Shown: one piece after another, positions 8,164 through 16,381 of the stretch
Layout of the letters: every line of letters starts with the position of its first letter
How positions within the stretch are numbered: the first letter of the stretch is position 1
Source of the DNA: Thermoproteota archaeon
GTDB taxonomy: Archaea; Thermoproteota; Methanomethylicia; Methanomethylicales; JAGHCH01
Direction: 5' to 3'
Assembly: GCA_021160575.1 (NCBI GenBank)
Contig: JAGHCH010000008.1
Location: forward strand, 1 to 57,758
Length of the DNA stretch: 57,758 bases
The notes under the pieces: model-generated
Databases searched by the model: none
Told to the model about the DNA's origin: nothing
Seen by the model: only the letters and a program-made list of their open reading frames with translations
Position numbers and translations under genes: made by a program

Positions 8164-9484
8164 AAGCCGCCTAGCCTTTAAGGTCTGCGATGAAATCTCT
8201 TGGATAGCCGAGGCAGCTGTGAAAGGGGTTGTCGGCATCTTCGGAGGAGAGCGGCGCGAGTTTACACTTGCTTTGGTGGAGGAGCTTTGCAAGGAGAATA
8301 GGGACTGCGTGGTGGTTTGCTGTGATCAGCGATTCCTCCAGCTGGGAGTGCGCTATAGTAGGTTTAGAGTCGCGAGGCTCGGTGTTAATGCGTCGCTCAA
8401 CCCCTTTAAGCCAGTTGGAGAAGTCGACCCCGAAGACTATGCGGTCATGCTGGTGGAGCTGCTAATGGAACTTCTAGACCTAGATCAACTGCAGGCGAGG
8501 TACTTGCTAAGGGCTCTCAGGAAGCTTTACGAAGGTGAGCGGCTGGACCCTTCGGTGGAGGAGGTTGACGACGCCCTACTCGCGGTTGAAGCGGAGATCA
8601 CTGCTAGAGAGCTCTTCAAGCTTGAGGCTGTGAGGGGGTTGTTGGAGGAGCTCTCCACTGGAGGCTTGGCTGCAGTATTCTCCAGCTGCTCCCCCATCTC
8701 TGAGGAAGAACTCCTAAGCAAGCCGTCGATACTGGATCTCTCTCAGATTCCTGGAGCTAGGTTTAAGGCGCTGGCTGCAGCGCTGACTCTGCTCAAAAAG
8801 CTTCTTCTTAGGAGATCACTATCCTTTATCATGGATGAGGCAGCTTTCGTCTTCTCGCCCGGTGGAAGGCGGACGAGGAAACACTGCCTCCTTGAACTGC
8901 TTGATGGACAGGCAGTGAGGGGAGGAGCAGTTCTACTTGGTTTAGAGCCCAGTGAGTTCTCCGTTGACGTCTATGCTCGCTGTGCAGTCAAGGTGTTCAC
9001 CAAGCCTCTCAGCATAGGGAGTGGGAGGAACTTCAATGAACTTACTCCACCATCGCTGCCTCTGCACTCGGGAGAAGCGCTGGTGGTCTCGGAGGGTCAG
9101 CAAATTTCCTTAGTTAGGTTTAAGGTTAGGGAGAGCCTCCTCACCGAGGAGGAGCTTGCAGAGGAGCTTAGGATACCTAGAGAGTGGCTTCCTCGGAGAA
9201 CGGGAAGGAGGAGCCTCCTCCAGCGGATTTTAGGAGACCGCTTCCTAGCAGAAGAGGCCTACAAGCTACTATGCTTCCTCAGAGGGAATAGAGCGCCCTA
9301 CAACGGCTTAAAGGGGTTCTCCAATCTCCCCGACCAACTCTTCGAAGGCATCCTCAGAGCGCTTCTCAGACACAAGCTGATTGCAAGCTACTTCGATGAC
9401 AAGGGGATCCGCTGGTTTGTGGTCACCGACCTCGGAGAGCAGGCAGCCGACGAGTACTCCGAGAAGAGGGGAGGCGATGGCTGA
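8138..9484 (+). CDS. HerA/FtsK/VirB4-superfamily (DUF87-like) ATPase homologue with degenerate Walker A
   Basis: Colinear with 36996..38807. GIFGGERREFTLALVEEL aligns with AIFGATGSGKTTTAATILVKL; SLNPF with VLNPF; ILDLSQIPG with VVDLSNLGD; SFIMDEAAFVF with VIVVEEASNIM; LHSGEALVVSEG with LSPGEALVVSPS. The GK[ST] lysine is absent. Confidence 0.65.
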   Translation: MAGLERRSRSRLAFKVCDEISWIAEAAVKGVVGIFGGERREFTLALVEELCKENRDCVVVCCDQRFLQLGVRYSRFRVARLGVNASLNPFKPVGEVDPEDYAVMLVELLMELLDLDQLQARYLLRALRKLYEGERLDPSVEEVDDALLAVEAEITARELFKLEAVRGLLEELSTGGLAAVFSSCSPISEEELLSKPSILDLSQIPGARFKALAAALTLLKKLLLRRSLSFIMDEAAFVFSPGGRRTRKHCLLELLDGQAVRGGAVLLGLEPSEFSVDVYARCAVKVFTKPLSIGSGRNFNELTPPSLPLHSGEALVVSEGQQISLVRFKVRESLLTEEELAEELRIPREWLPRRTGRRSLLQRILGDRFLAEEAYKLLCFLRGNRAPYNGLKGFSNLPDQLFEGILRALLRHKLIASYFDDKGIRWFVVTDLGEQAADEYSEKRGGDG

Positions 9485-9828
9485 TGAGCCATGTGAGGTG
9501 GATCTCGGAGCACGCGGTGAGATGGTACATTGGTAGGGTTGGAGGAGCTTTCCGCGTCGCGGTGGTTGAGCTTGTTGAGAAGGAGGATGGCACAAGGCTG
9601 GTGGTGAGGAAGGTGCAAGAGATCAGGAAGCGTGGGAGCACGAGGGAGGTTTACAGAGAGGTCTACTCGCTGGGCTACTTCAAGGAGATCTTGGAGGCCG
9701 AGAGGGCGCTCTTGAGCTTGGCGTCCTCCAGTGGTGTCGAGGAGAAACTTCTGCAAGCGCTCAGCCACTTGAGCTCCGCGCTTCACGCGCTGAAAAGTGA
9801 GGAGAGGAGGGGAGGTGAGGATCTGTGA
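9484..9828 (+). CDS. hypothetical protein (operon member)
   Basis: 114-aa ORF whose start codon begins at the final stop-codon base of the upstream gene (1-nt overlap at 9484, ATGA-type junction) and whose stop overlaps the radA GTG start. No motif recognised. Confidence 0.5.
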   Translation: MSHVRWISEHAVRWYIGRVGGAFRVAVVELVEKEDGTRLVVRKVQEIRKRGSTREVYREVYSLGYFKEILEAERALLSLASSSGVEEKLLQALSHLSSALHALKSEERRGGEDL

Positions 9829-10772
9829 ACTTGAAGCTTGAGGATCTTCCAGGTGTTGGTGAGGCTACAGCTCAGAAGTTAAGGAAGGCAGGAATACTTT
9901 CCGTGGAGGATCTTGCAGCTCTCTCAGCAAGGGAGATTGCTCAGAGAGTTGAGGGGTTATCCGAGGATAGGGCTTTCAGCCTTGCGAAAGAGGCACGCAG
10001 GCGGCTAGGAATAGGCATCTACACAGCAAAGCAGTACTTGGAGAAGCGTAGAAGTCAGCCGAAGCTCTCCACGGGCATTAGAAGCTTGGATGAACTGCTT
10101 AGAGGTGGACTTGAGCCGGGAATCACTGAGCTTATTGGAGGCTATGGCACTGGCAAGACGCAGCTATGCCTTCAGCTCTGCGTTACAGTGCAGCTTCCAC
10201 CAGAGAAAGGAGGGCTCTCAGGCAAGGCCTTCTTCATAGACACTGAGCACACCTTCTCCCCAGATAGGATACCAGCTATAGCTCAGCGCTTTGAACTCGA
10301 CGGTGACAGTGCCCTCGAAAACGTGCTGGCAACTTATGCTGTAAACACAGATCACCAAATGGAGCTGGTGCATGAAGCCGCGCAGTATGTGAAGAGGGAG
10401 AATGTGAAGCTAATCATCATCGACAGCTTAACAGCGCACTTCCGCAGCGAGTTCCCGGGAAGGGAGAACCTTGTAGCTAGGCAGCAGAAGCTGAACGCCT
10501 TGATCCACCAGCTCATTAGGCTCAGCATGATCTACGGCGTCGTCGTGGTGGTTACAAACCAGATTTTGGATATCCCGGAGTGCTTTCCGGGGATGAAGCC
10601 GTCTAAGCCCGCTGGAGGAAACATCGTGGCCCATGGATGTACCTTCAGGCTCTGGCTGGAGAGATCCAAGGACCTCACCAAGATCACCATCCTAGACTCT
10701 CCAAAGCATCCCAGAGCCTCAACATTGGTGAAGCTGACGGAGGAGGGCGTCGTTGATGCAGATGCCTCCTAG
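9825..10772 (+). CDS. radA: DNA repair and recombination protein RadA
   Basis: N-terminal HhH LEDLPGVGEATAQKLRKAGI. Walker A GGYGTGKTQL. FIDTEHTFSPDRI, HQMELV, IIIDSLTAHFRSEFPGRENLVARQQKLN, VVVVTNQI and KPAGGNIVAHG are colinear with RadA/Rad51. Confidence 0.92.
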   Translation: MNLKLEDLPGVGEATAQKLRKAGILSVEDLAALSAREIAQRVEGLSEDRAFSLAKEARRRLGIGIYTAKQYLEKRRSQPKLSTGIRSLDELLRGGLEPGITELIGGYGTGKTQLCLQLCVTVQLPPEKGGLSGKAFFIDTEHTFSPDRIPAIAQRFELDGDSALENVLATYAVNTDHQMELVHEAAQYVKRENVKLIIIDSLTAHFRSEFPGRENLVARQQKLNALIHQLIRLSMIYGVVVVVTNQILDIPECFPGMKPSKPAGGNIVAHGCTFRLWLERSKDLTKITILDSPKHPRASTLVKLTEEGVVDADAS

Positions 10773-11061
10773 GGGCAGTGCGTGGCTGCGTAGATGCATG
10801 ATAAGGGTTGGAGATGTGCGCGAGGTTATCGAGGGAGAGCTGTGGATCGTCGAGGGAAGGAGAGAGCTGGGAGATCAGGATAGGCGCTACTTCGTTTTTC
10901 GGAGGATTGTGGGGGGAAGGGAAGTCTTCACATGCTCTTGCCAGGATCCGACGAAGAGGTTCTCCTCAAGGAGAAGCAGGTTGACGTGTAGCCATATAGG
11001 GGCAGTTTTGATCTATAGGAGGATGAAGGAAAATGCTGGTCTTCGGAATACCAGTGCTTGA
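10753..11061 (+). CDS. SWIM zinc-finger protein
   Basis: CSCQDPTKRFSSRRSRLTCSHIGAV fits the CxCx(n)CxH SWIM signature. Overlaps radA by 20 nt and the next gene by 29 nt. Confidence 0.7.
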   Translation: MMQMPPRGSAWLRRCMIRVGDVREVIEGELWIVEGRRELGDQDRRYFVFRRIVGGREVFTCSCQDPTKRFSSRRSRLTCSHIGAVLIYRRMKENAGLRNTSA

Positions 11062-11656
11062 CCAGGTGGTTAGCAGCGCTAGGGTCGTGGTCATCTATGG
11101 AGAGGCTGGAGCAGGCAAAACCACCTTGGCTTTTCAAGCTCTCCTCACCACCCTCGCAGAGGGCGGAGCAGGGCTACTAGCGTTGAGCGAATCAGCCGTA
11201 GCGGATAGGCTTGCTGACATGGCTGGAGAGCAGTGGGAAAGTGTTGCTGAGAGGATCTACATCTGCGAATTAAAGAGGCTCTCAGACTTGGAGGAGCTCG
11301 TTGAAGTAGCTGGAGAACTTGGTGACTTGAGGATGGTTGTAGTGGATGGCGTGGATAGGATCTATAGGGGAGCTATAGGCGACTTTGAAAAGAACGTGGT
11401 TGTAAGTAGAGTGCTTAATGAGCAACTCTCTCGTTTAAGGGCCCTAGCTTACGGCAGGGGGATAGATCTAGTTGAGACCGTCGGCATGACGGTGGGGAGA
11501 ACGCCAGTAGCTGGAGAGGTTGTCTTGAGGTATGCCGACCTAGCATTGGAGATCGCCGATCTGGGGGGAGATCTAAGGCTGTTGAAAATTACGAGGCCAT
11601 GCTGCTTGCTCGAAGCTAAGCTGAAGTTGGAGAGCCGCGGCTTCACCGCTCTCTAG
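11033..11656 (+). CDS. RadA paralogue (RadB/aRadC, KaiC-like core ATPase)
   Basis: Walker A VVVIYGEAGAGKTTLAFQALL and Walker B MVVVDGVD. Core-only length of 207 aa with no HhH domain. Confidence 0.75.
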   Translation: MLVFGIPVLDQVVSSARVVVIYGEAGAGKTTLAFQALLTTLAEGGAGLLALSESAVADRLADMAGEQWESVAERIYICELKRLSDLEELVEVAGELGDLRMVVVDGVDRIYRGAIGDFEKNVVVSRVLNEQLSRLRALAYGRGIDLVETVGMTVGRTPVAGEVVLRYADLALEIADLGGDLRLLKITRPCCLLEAKLKLESRGFTAL

Positions 11657-12554
11657 CAGTTATTCTTTCAACTATTTCTTTGAGAAGCTCTTCCGACGAC
11701 CTGCCGGGAGCTTCTATATCCTGGCACGGCTTCTTGAAAATTTTAGTAACAGCGTTTACTTGTTTCCCGTCGAACGTGCCAAAGCTTTCGACGAGTTTTC
11801 TCAAGAGGGAGCACTCATAATCCAAGTTCACTAGACCAGTGTAGTCAAAGAGAAACTCCACGGTTTCTGGAGGGATGGAGATCACGTCGTCTAGAGATGG
11901 GTTGAAGTCTCTAGGACTTGCCGCTAAGCCCCCAGCTTTGAGGATCTGTGAAAGCCGCCAAGCCTGCTCCCCTATGACGGGATGGTCGAGAATGCAGGAG
12001 GATAGTATGAGCAAGCCTAACCTCTCATGCTCACCTACATAGGAGGCATAGCCATAACGGGTCATGAGATCCTTTAGCCTTAAATCCAGTTTTTCGGCAT
12101 GAATGGAGAGGTTCACTGCCTTTGATGCTATATGCTCTGCTATTTCTGAGATTATAATAGGAGGCTTGATGGATACCCATCCACCCTCAAAACCCCCTAA
12201 AAGTGTTATGAAAACCAGCTTTTTGGAGAATCTCTGCGAGATATTGACATATAGGGAGCTGCGTAAAACCGAGAGATCCCTCCAAAGGACATCCGAAGCA
12301 AGAGAGGAACCCTTCTCGGTTAGAGCCATTACTAGCATGGGGTTGTCTTCAGCAGTGCATAGAACCCTTCTCTCTATGAGCCCGTATCGCTCCAGCAATA
12401 GGTAGAGATCTTCACCCACACGCTCCTTAAACTGCTCCACCGATGGAGTGTAGGCAGCTCCCCCAGCAGCGTAAATCCTCTTGACGAGCTGGTAGACGGG
12501 CTCTGGGTCGAGCCCCATCTTGCTGAAGATGAGGTTGAACTCGCCTATTGACAT
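11643..12554 (-). CDS. hypothetical protein
   Basis: 303-aa ORF with coding-like composition and no recognisable catalytic motif. The N-terminal region may be wHTH-like. Confidence 0.5.
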   Translation of the reverse strand: MSIGEFNLIFSKMGLDPEPVYQLVKRIYAAGGAAYTPSVEQFKERVGEDLYLLLERYGLIERRVLCTAEDNPMLVMALTEKGSSLASDVLWRDLSVLRSSLYVNISQRFSKKLVFITLLGGFEGGWVSIKPPIIISEIAEHIASKAVNLSIHAEKLDLRLKDLMTRYGYASYVGEHERLGLLILSSCILDHPVIGEQAWRLSQILKAGGLAASPRDFNPSLDDVISIPPETVEFLFDYTGLVNLDYECSLLRKLVESFGTFDGKQVNAVTKIFKKPCQDIEAPGRSSEELLKEIVERITARER

Positions 12555-12615
12555 CTGAGTACGCGCTCCAATCAGTGAAGAAGCAGCGCCTTGGATAAGC
12601 CTTTACCTTCGGAGG

Positions 12616-12624
12616 AAATATTAA
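12616..12624 (+). promoter_or_regulatory. TATA box for the ncRNA at 12647
   Basis: AAATATTAA centred about 27 nt upstream of the first G of the terminal helix, preceded by purine-rich GGAGG (BRE-like). Confidence 0.55.
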
Positions 12625-12646
12625 CCACCGTTGACTATATTATACT

Positions 12647-12858
12647 GGGGCACCCGCAGGAGGCAGTGATCTCTGCGGTTCTCAGTGCTTCCGGGCATCT
12701 GCCCGGAGATGCGGTGGCGGCTAAGGTCATCCTTATGATCTGCGACGCCCCGGGGCGCATAGGAAGCTCCGGAGGACGTTGGCGCTCAAGGTCACCTTCG
12801 GGATCAGTTGGAGTTCGGTAGTCAGCTGCCACCGCGCTGAGGCTCCTGCGGGTGCCCC
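12647..12858 (+). ncRNA. unclassified structured ncRNA of about 212 nt (SRP RNA / minimal RNase P RNA not confirmed)
   Basis: Perfect 16-bp terminal helix, 12647-12662 (GGGGCACCCGCAGGAG) with 12843-12858 (CUCCUGCGGGUGCCCC). Nested 6-bp helix 12681-12686/12836-12841. Hairpin 12690-12707. 11-bp helix 12711-12721 (GCGGUGGCGGC) with 12825-12835 (GCUGCCACCGC). Distal hairpins include 12724-12741. TATA box upstream and T-tract downstream. Both overlapping ORFs look non-coding. Confidence 0.7.
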
Positions 12859-12859
12859 C

Positions 12860-12868
12860 TTTCTTTTT
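12860..12868 (+). terminator. T-rich archaeal terminator (TTTCTTTTT)
   Basis: Oligo-T tract starting 2 nt after the closing helix of the ncRNA. Confidence 0.55.
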
Positions 12869-12901
12869 AAAGCTTTAACTTGTGTAGTTCATTGAGTTTC
12901 T

Positions 12902-13585
12902 TTGGAGGGGTTGAAGATAGTTCTGCGAATTGTAGTTGATGAGCGGGAGAAGGGCTCAGAGGTGCCCTCTTTCCTAAGGAGGATGGGAGTTTACTTGGTA
13001 TTTGCTCAGCTGGGCGTCGGGGATTACGTGATCTCGGAGAAGTGTGCTGTGGAGCGTAAGGAGGTAAGGGACTTCATGTCGTCCATCTTCAGTGGAAGGC
13101 TCTTCGACCAGGCGGGTAGGCTTGTGGAGCTCTATTCTAGGAGTGCTATCGTTGTGGAGGGGGACTTTAAGGGTCTTGAGAGCTATCTTGAAAAGCCTAA
13201 GGTGTTTTGGGGCGCAGTATCGTCGCTGATCGCCGATTATGGGGTCTCAGTGGTCTTCACGGGAGATGAGGAGGAGACGGCGATGCTTCTCTACGGCTTA
13301 GCGAAGAGGGAGCAGGAGGAGAAGGCTTTGAGGAGGGTGGTGGTGAAGAAGAGGCTTCCAAAGAAGAGCTTGAGGGAGCAGCAGCTTTACGTGCTTCAGA
13401 GCTTGCCGGGGATAGGGGCGACTTTAGCTGAGAGGCTGTTGGAGAAATTTGGCTCTCTAAGGGGTGTTTTCACGGCTTCTCCTGCCGAGCTTCGGCTTGT
13501 GAAGGGAATGACGTGGGAAAAAGCTGAGGAGCTGCACAAGCTCTTTAATGAAAAAGCTGGAGGAGACGAGGAACCCCTCATGTAG
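12902..13585 (+). CDS. xpf: short-form XPF/ERCC4 structure-specific endonuclease with C-terminal (HhH)2
   Basis: VVDEREKGSEV, GDYVIS and VERKEVRDF give the ERCC4 GDx(n)ERKxxxD signature. C-terminal LQSLPGIGATLAERLLEKFGSLRGVFTAS is an HhH motif. 227 aa with no helicase domain, as in the crenarchaeal short form. Confidence 0.88.
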   Translation: MEGLKIVLRIVVDEREKGSEVPSFLRRMGVYLVFAQLGVGDYVISEKCAVERKEVRDFMSSIFSGRLFDQAGRLVELYSRSAIVVEGDFKGLESYLEKPKVFWGAVSSLIADYGVSVVFTGDEEETAMLLYGLAKREQEEKALRRVVVKKRLPKKSLREQQLYVLQSLPGIGATLAERLLEKFGSLRGVFTASPAELRLVKGMTWEKAEELHKLFNEKAGGDEEPLM

Positions 13586-13969
13586 GCGTAGAGCATACTT
13601 GAGAAAGGGAATTCTTAAGGATGAACTGCCAGATGATGTTCTGTGATGCGGCATTCACGTAGTTTGCAGACTATGGTGTGAGGTCTATAGGATCCCCTAA
13701 CTCCTCAGCCTTTGCCGCATGCTATAAAGACTAAGGGATGACTCATAGTGGTAGTGCATCTAGCCTTGACTTGGGACTACGATAAGCTTCGCCTGCGATG
13801 CTTGGCCTCCACCTCTAATCTTTTCTTTCCCATAAGTTAGCTTAGTACTGCGTTGTTGCTTTTGAAGGCTATTGCTAATTTATTCTTTGGTAGACAAACA
13901 TTTTATTTCCGCTGGGGAAGTCTTAGATTGTATAGGAGCTGTCTTGGTGTACTTGGAGGTGTTGGAGAC

Positions 13970-14536
13970 ATGAGCTTTTGGGAAGACTTCTGGGAGAGCA
14001 GGCGTAGAAGATGGTCGATTTTTAGGGAGTTTGAGCGCCTTGACCGGATGTTCGAGGACATGATTAGGGAGATTTTCAGCGAGTTTCCCTTTCCTGAAAA
14101 GCTTGTTAGCGAGCGGGAGCTGCCAGATGGCACTAGGATTAGAAGCGTGGGGCCCATAATCTACGGCTACTCAGTGACCATAGGTCCTGATGGTAAGCCT
14201 ATCATCAGGGAATTCGGCAACATCAGACCTAAAGAAGGGTTGTTGAGAGCTGAGGAGTATAGGGAGCCATTAGTGGATGTCATTGAGGGCGACAAGGTGG
14301 TGCAAGTAGTTGCTGAGTTGCCTGGCGTTGACAAGAGCGACATCAACCTTCAGGCGACGGAGGATAAGCTGATCATTTCGGTGGACAAGGATAAGCGGAA
14401 GTACTACAAGGAGGTGGATCTGCCAGCAAAGGTGGATCCAAAGAGCGCCAAGGCCAACTACAAGAACGGAGTCCTCGAGGTCACCTTGAACAAGCTTGAA
14501 GCAGAAAAGAAGGGTGTGAAAATCAACGTAGAGTAG
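13970..14536 (+). CDS. hsp20: small heat-shock protein (Hsp20 / alpha-crystallin family)
   Basis: REPLVDVIEGDKVVQVVAELPGVDKSDINL...YKEVDLPAKVDPKSAKANYKNGVLEVTLNK is a classic ACD. I prefer ATG 13970 (GGAGGTG SD 8-14 nt upstream) over the TTG at 13853. Confidence 0.88.
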   Translation: MSFWEDFWESRRRRWSIFREFERLDRMFEDMIREIFSEFPFPEKLVSERELPDGTRIRSVGPIIYGYSVTIGPDGKPIIREFGNIRPKEGLLRAEEYREPLVDVIEGDKVVQVVAELPGVDKSDINLQATEDKLIISVDKDKRKYYKEVDLPAKVDPKSAKANYKNGVLEVTLNKLEAEKKGVKINVE

Positions 14537-14541
14537 CTGCT

Positions 14542-15516
14542 TTACGCCCCTCTCATCTTATTACTTTTTCTAACAAGGGCGAGATGTTCAGCTAGCCGTG
14601 CTTTTAACCCTTCAAAGTGAAGATCAGAGACCATTATACGCGGCGGCGATAGCTCCTCTAAGGCTTGGACCACTTCATCCACTCGGTGAGGGGGCACGAT
14701 GGCGTGGATGGCTTCTCCGATCATATTTTGAAAAGCCGCTAGAGCGCCCCTCCTCTCAGCTAAAGCGATGGCTATGCGGACTTTGCGTGAGGCTAAGCCT
14801 GAGTTCTCCGAGAAGAACTTAGCAGCTTTTAGGAAGGTATCTAGTGTAGGTTTTGCTAGCACCATTTGAAGCGCTCTTCTTCCGAGGCTGTTTATCTGTT
14901 GTAGTTGGCTTTTTGAGAGAAGGACTTTCTTCTTCTCGATGGGCTGGAAGGCTGCGGCGACGATCTTGAAGGCGCCATCGGCGGGTATTTGGAGAGTGTA
15001 GCCTTCTCGAGGAGCTCCAGGTTTTTTAACTATTACTACGCCTCCAGTGACTAGCCCAGATACTGTGCCTAGCCCGGTGCAGCATTCAACTTCCACTACA
15101 TGGGCGATTTCAGCTAGTTTCCAGAGACTCAGGTTCAGCCCCAGAGCCTTTGAGGTTGCAAGGGCTGTTGCGAGGGCGCTTGCAGCGCTTGTTCCGAAGC
15201 CGCAGCCTATTGGAGGCTCTATTTTCTGCCTTATCACCACTCGGTAGGCTTCATCAACTAAGCTGAGGACCTTGAGGGCGGCTCTTCTAGCTATGTAGAA
15301 GTCCACTCGATGCCCGTTGATGAAGGTCTCCACAACGCTAGTTTCACCGCTGATAGGTTCTATGCTGACCTCAGCGGTGACGCCTTTAGTGATGCAAAAG
15401 CCTCCTCCTCTGCTGCCTATGGCTCGGGGATCTTTCGAGAGATTGCGGGGGACTTCGAAGAAGCTGGAGATACCGCATGGAGAGCATGCCCATGCCTTCA
15501 ACTCGCATACCTCCAT
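14542..15516 (-). CDS. pantoate kinase (archaeal CoA pathway, GHMP kinase family)
   Basis: PPIGCGFGTSAASALATALA (GHMP motif II) and AHVVEVECCTGLGTVSG match the pantoate kinase pattern. I start it at ATG 15516 (MEVCELK...). The 91-codon upstream extension of the listed ORF overlaps the transporter gene in another frame. Confidence 0.75.
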   Translation of the reverse strand: MEVCELKAWACSPCGISSFFEVPRNLSKDPRAIGSRGGGFCITKGVTAEVSIEPISGETSVVETFINGHRVDFYIARRAALKVLSLVDEAYRVVIRQKIEPPIGCGFGTSAASALATALATSKALGLNLSLWKLAEIAHVVEVECCTGLGTVSGLVTGGVVIVKKPGAPREGYTLQIPADGAFKIVAAAFQPIEKKKVLLSKSQLQQINSLGRRALQMVLAKPTLDTFLKAAKFFSENSGLASRKVRIAIALAERRGALAAFQNMIGEAIHAIVPPHRVDEVVQALEELSPPRIMVSDLHFEGLKARLAEHLALVRKSNKMRGA

Positions 15517-16205
15517 CCAGCTTGCTTTAGAGCCCAGATGAGGGGAGGAGCCAAGGCCACGAGGAAGGGGATCTCGGTGGAGTATGTCCAGGTGAACCAA
15601 ATGACGGCGGCTGTTAGAGGCAGGTTTTGTGCGCCAGTGGGCAAGAGGAAGAATTGGCTGAAAAGCCATACACCAAAGCCCACGATTAGGCTGCCCACCA
15701 ATAGCCCAGCTGAAGCAGCGAAGATGTAGGAGCGCCACCTCTCGGCAACGATGGACACTATGAATGATAGCGCTAAGGCAACGATGCAAGCACCGCCGAG
15801 TATGAGAGCTGTCTCGAAGTCGAGGAGAGCTGCTTGGAGTAAGATGATGACGGCTGCTATTGGGAGGAGCTGAACCCCTATGGAGGCAGGGACAGCGCGC
15901 CTAGCTTCGAGTCGAGAGAGGTAGCCGATGAGGTAGAAGCAGATGAAGTTGGCGGGTACTCCCACAGTTAGGCTTAGAAAGGCGTTGCCGTGGATCAACA
16001 TATCTGAGATGAAAATGCCTATGGCAGCTCCTACAGCGCCCACTAAGGGACCAAAGGCCACCGCGAAGGCTGCTGGGATCACTACAGGCGGCCAGAACCT
16101 TACCACGCCGACTATTGGGGCGAAGATGCCGAGATAGGTGAAGTAGCCTACAACAGCGTATAGGGCGGCGTTAAGCGATGAAAGGGTGATGAAAGCTGCG
16201 CGCAC
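15498..16205 (-). CDS. ECF-type vitamin/precursor transporter S-component-like membrane protein
   Basis: About 6 TM segments. VRFWPPVVIPAAFAVAFGPLVGAVGAAIGIFISDML resembles the R-F-P...GP..G...G..i.D motif of ECF S components. Its stop overlaps the pantoate kinase start by 19 nt. Confidence 0.55.
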   Translation of the reverse strand: MRAAFITLSSLNAALYAVVGYFTYLGIFAPIVGVVRFWPPVVIPAAFAVAFGPLVGAVGAAIGIFISDMLIHGNAFLSLTVGVPANFICFYLIGYLSRLEARRAVPASIGVQLLPIAAVIILLQAALLDFETALILGGACIVALALSFIVSIVAERWRSYIFAASAGLLVGSLIVGFGVWLFSQFFLLPTGAQNLPLTAAVIWFTWTYSTEIPFLVALAPPLIWALKQAGWRYAS

Positions 16206-16381
16206 TCCCGCTTCTCTCCTCGACCAGCCAATGGCTGTATTCCTTAAAAGGCTTACCTACAGATACATAGAAGTTGATAGTACTATACAATAAGATACGT
16301 ATAACTATAGATGTCTATGTATAGAGAACTGCCGAAGAAGAATTACAGCGTCCCCATTATCTCCGGATAGAGAGAGGAGAA

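Noticed and set aside
12591-12832. Two ORFs (12591..12821 + and 12635..12832 -) covering the 12.6-kb intergenic region.
   Set aside because: Both overlap the nested long-range helices of the structured RNA. Their Arg/Gly/Pro/Ser-rich composition is typical of GC-rich non-coding sequence, and neither has an SD or promoter fit.
12647-12858. Assignment of the structured RNA as SRP RNA or type-T RNase P RNA.
   Set aside because: At 212 nt it is short for archaeal SRP RNA, and the helix-8 GGAA/AGCA motifs are not found. It has only a partial CR-I-like match (AGGAAGCUCC) and no ACAGAA CR-V. I kept it as unclassified rather than naming it.
13621-13680. AGAUGAUG ... GUGAUGC ... CAGA, which looks superficially like C/D boxes downstream of xpf.
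   Set aside because: There is no proper CUGA D or D' box at the right spacing and no terminal stem. It is probably chance.
13721-13835. TATA-like GCTATAAAGAC followed about 100 nt later by a T-rich tract (CTAATCTTTTCTTTCC), a possible small transcript upstream of hsp20.
   Set aside because: I could find no convincing secondary structure or conserved box. It may simply be part of the hsp20 regulatory region.
14542-15789. 415-aa version of the pantoate kinase ORF.
   Set aside because: The first 91 codons overlap the upstream transporter gene in another frame and are Arg/His/Trp-rich nonsense. The GHMP kinase homology starts after ATG 15516.
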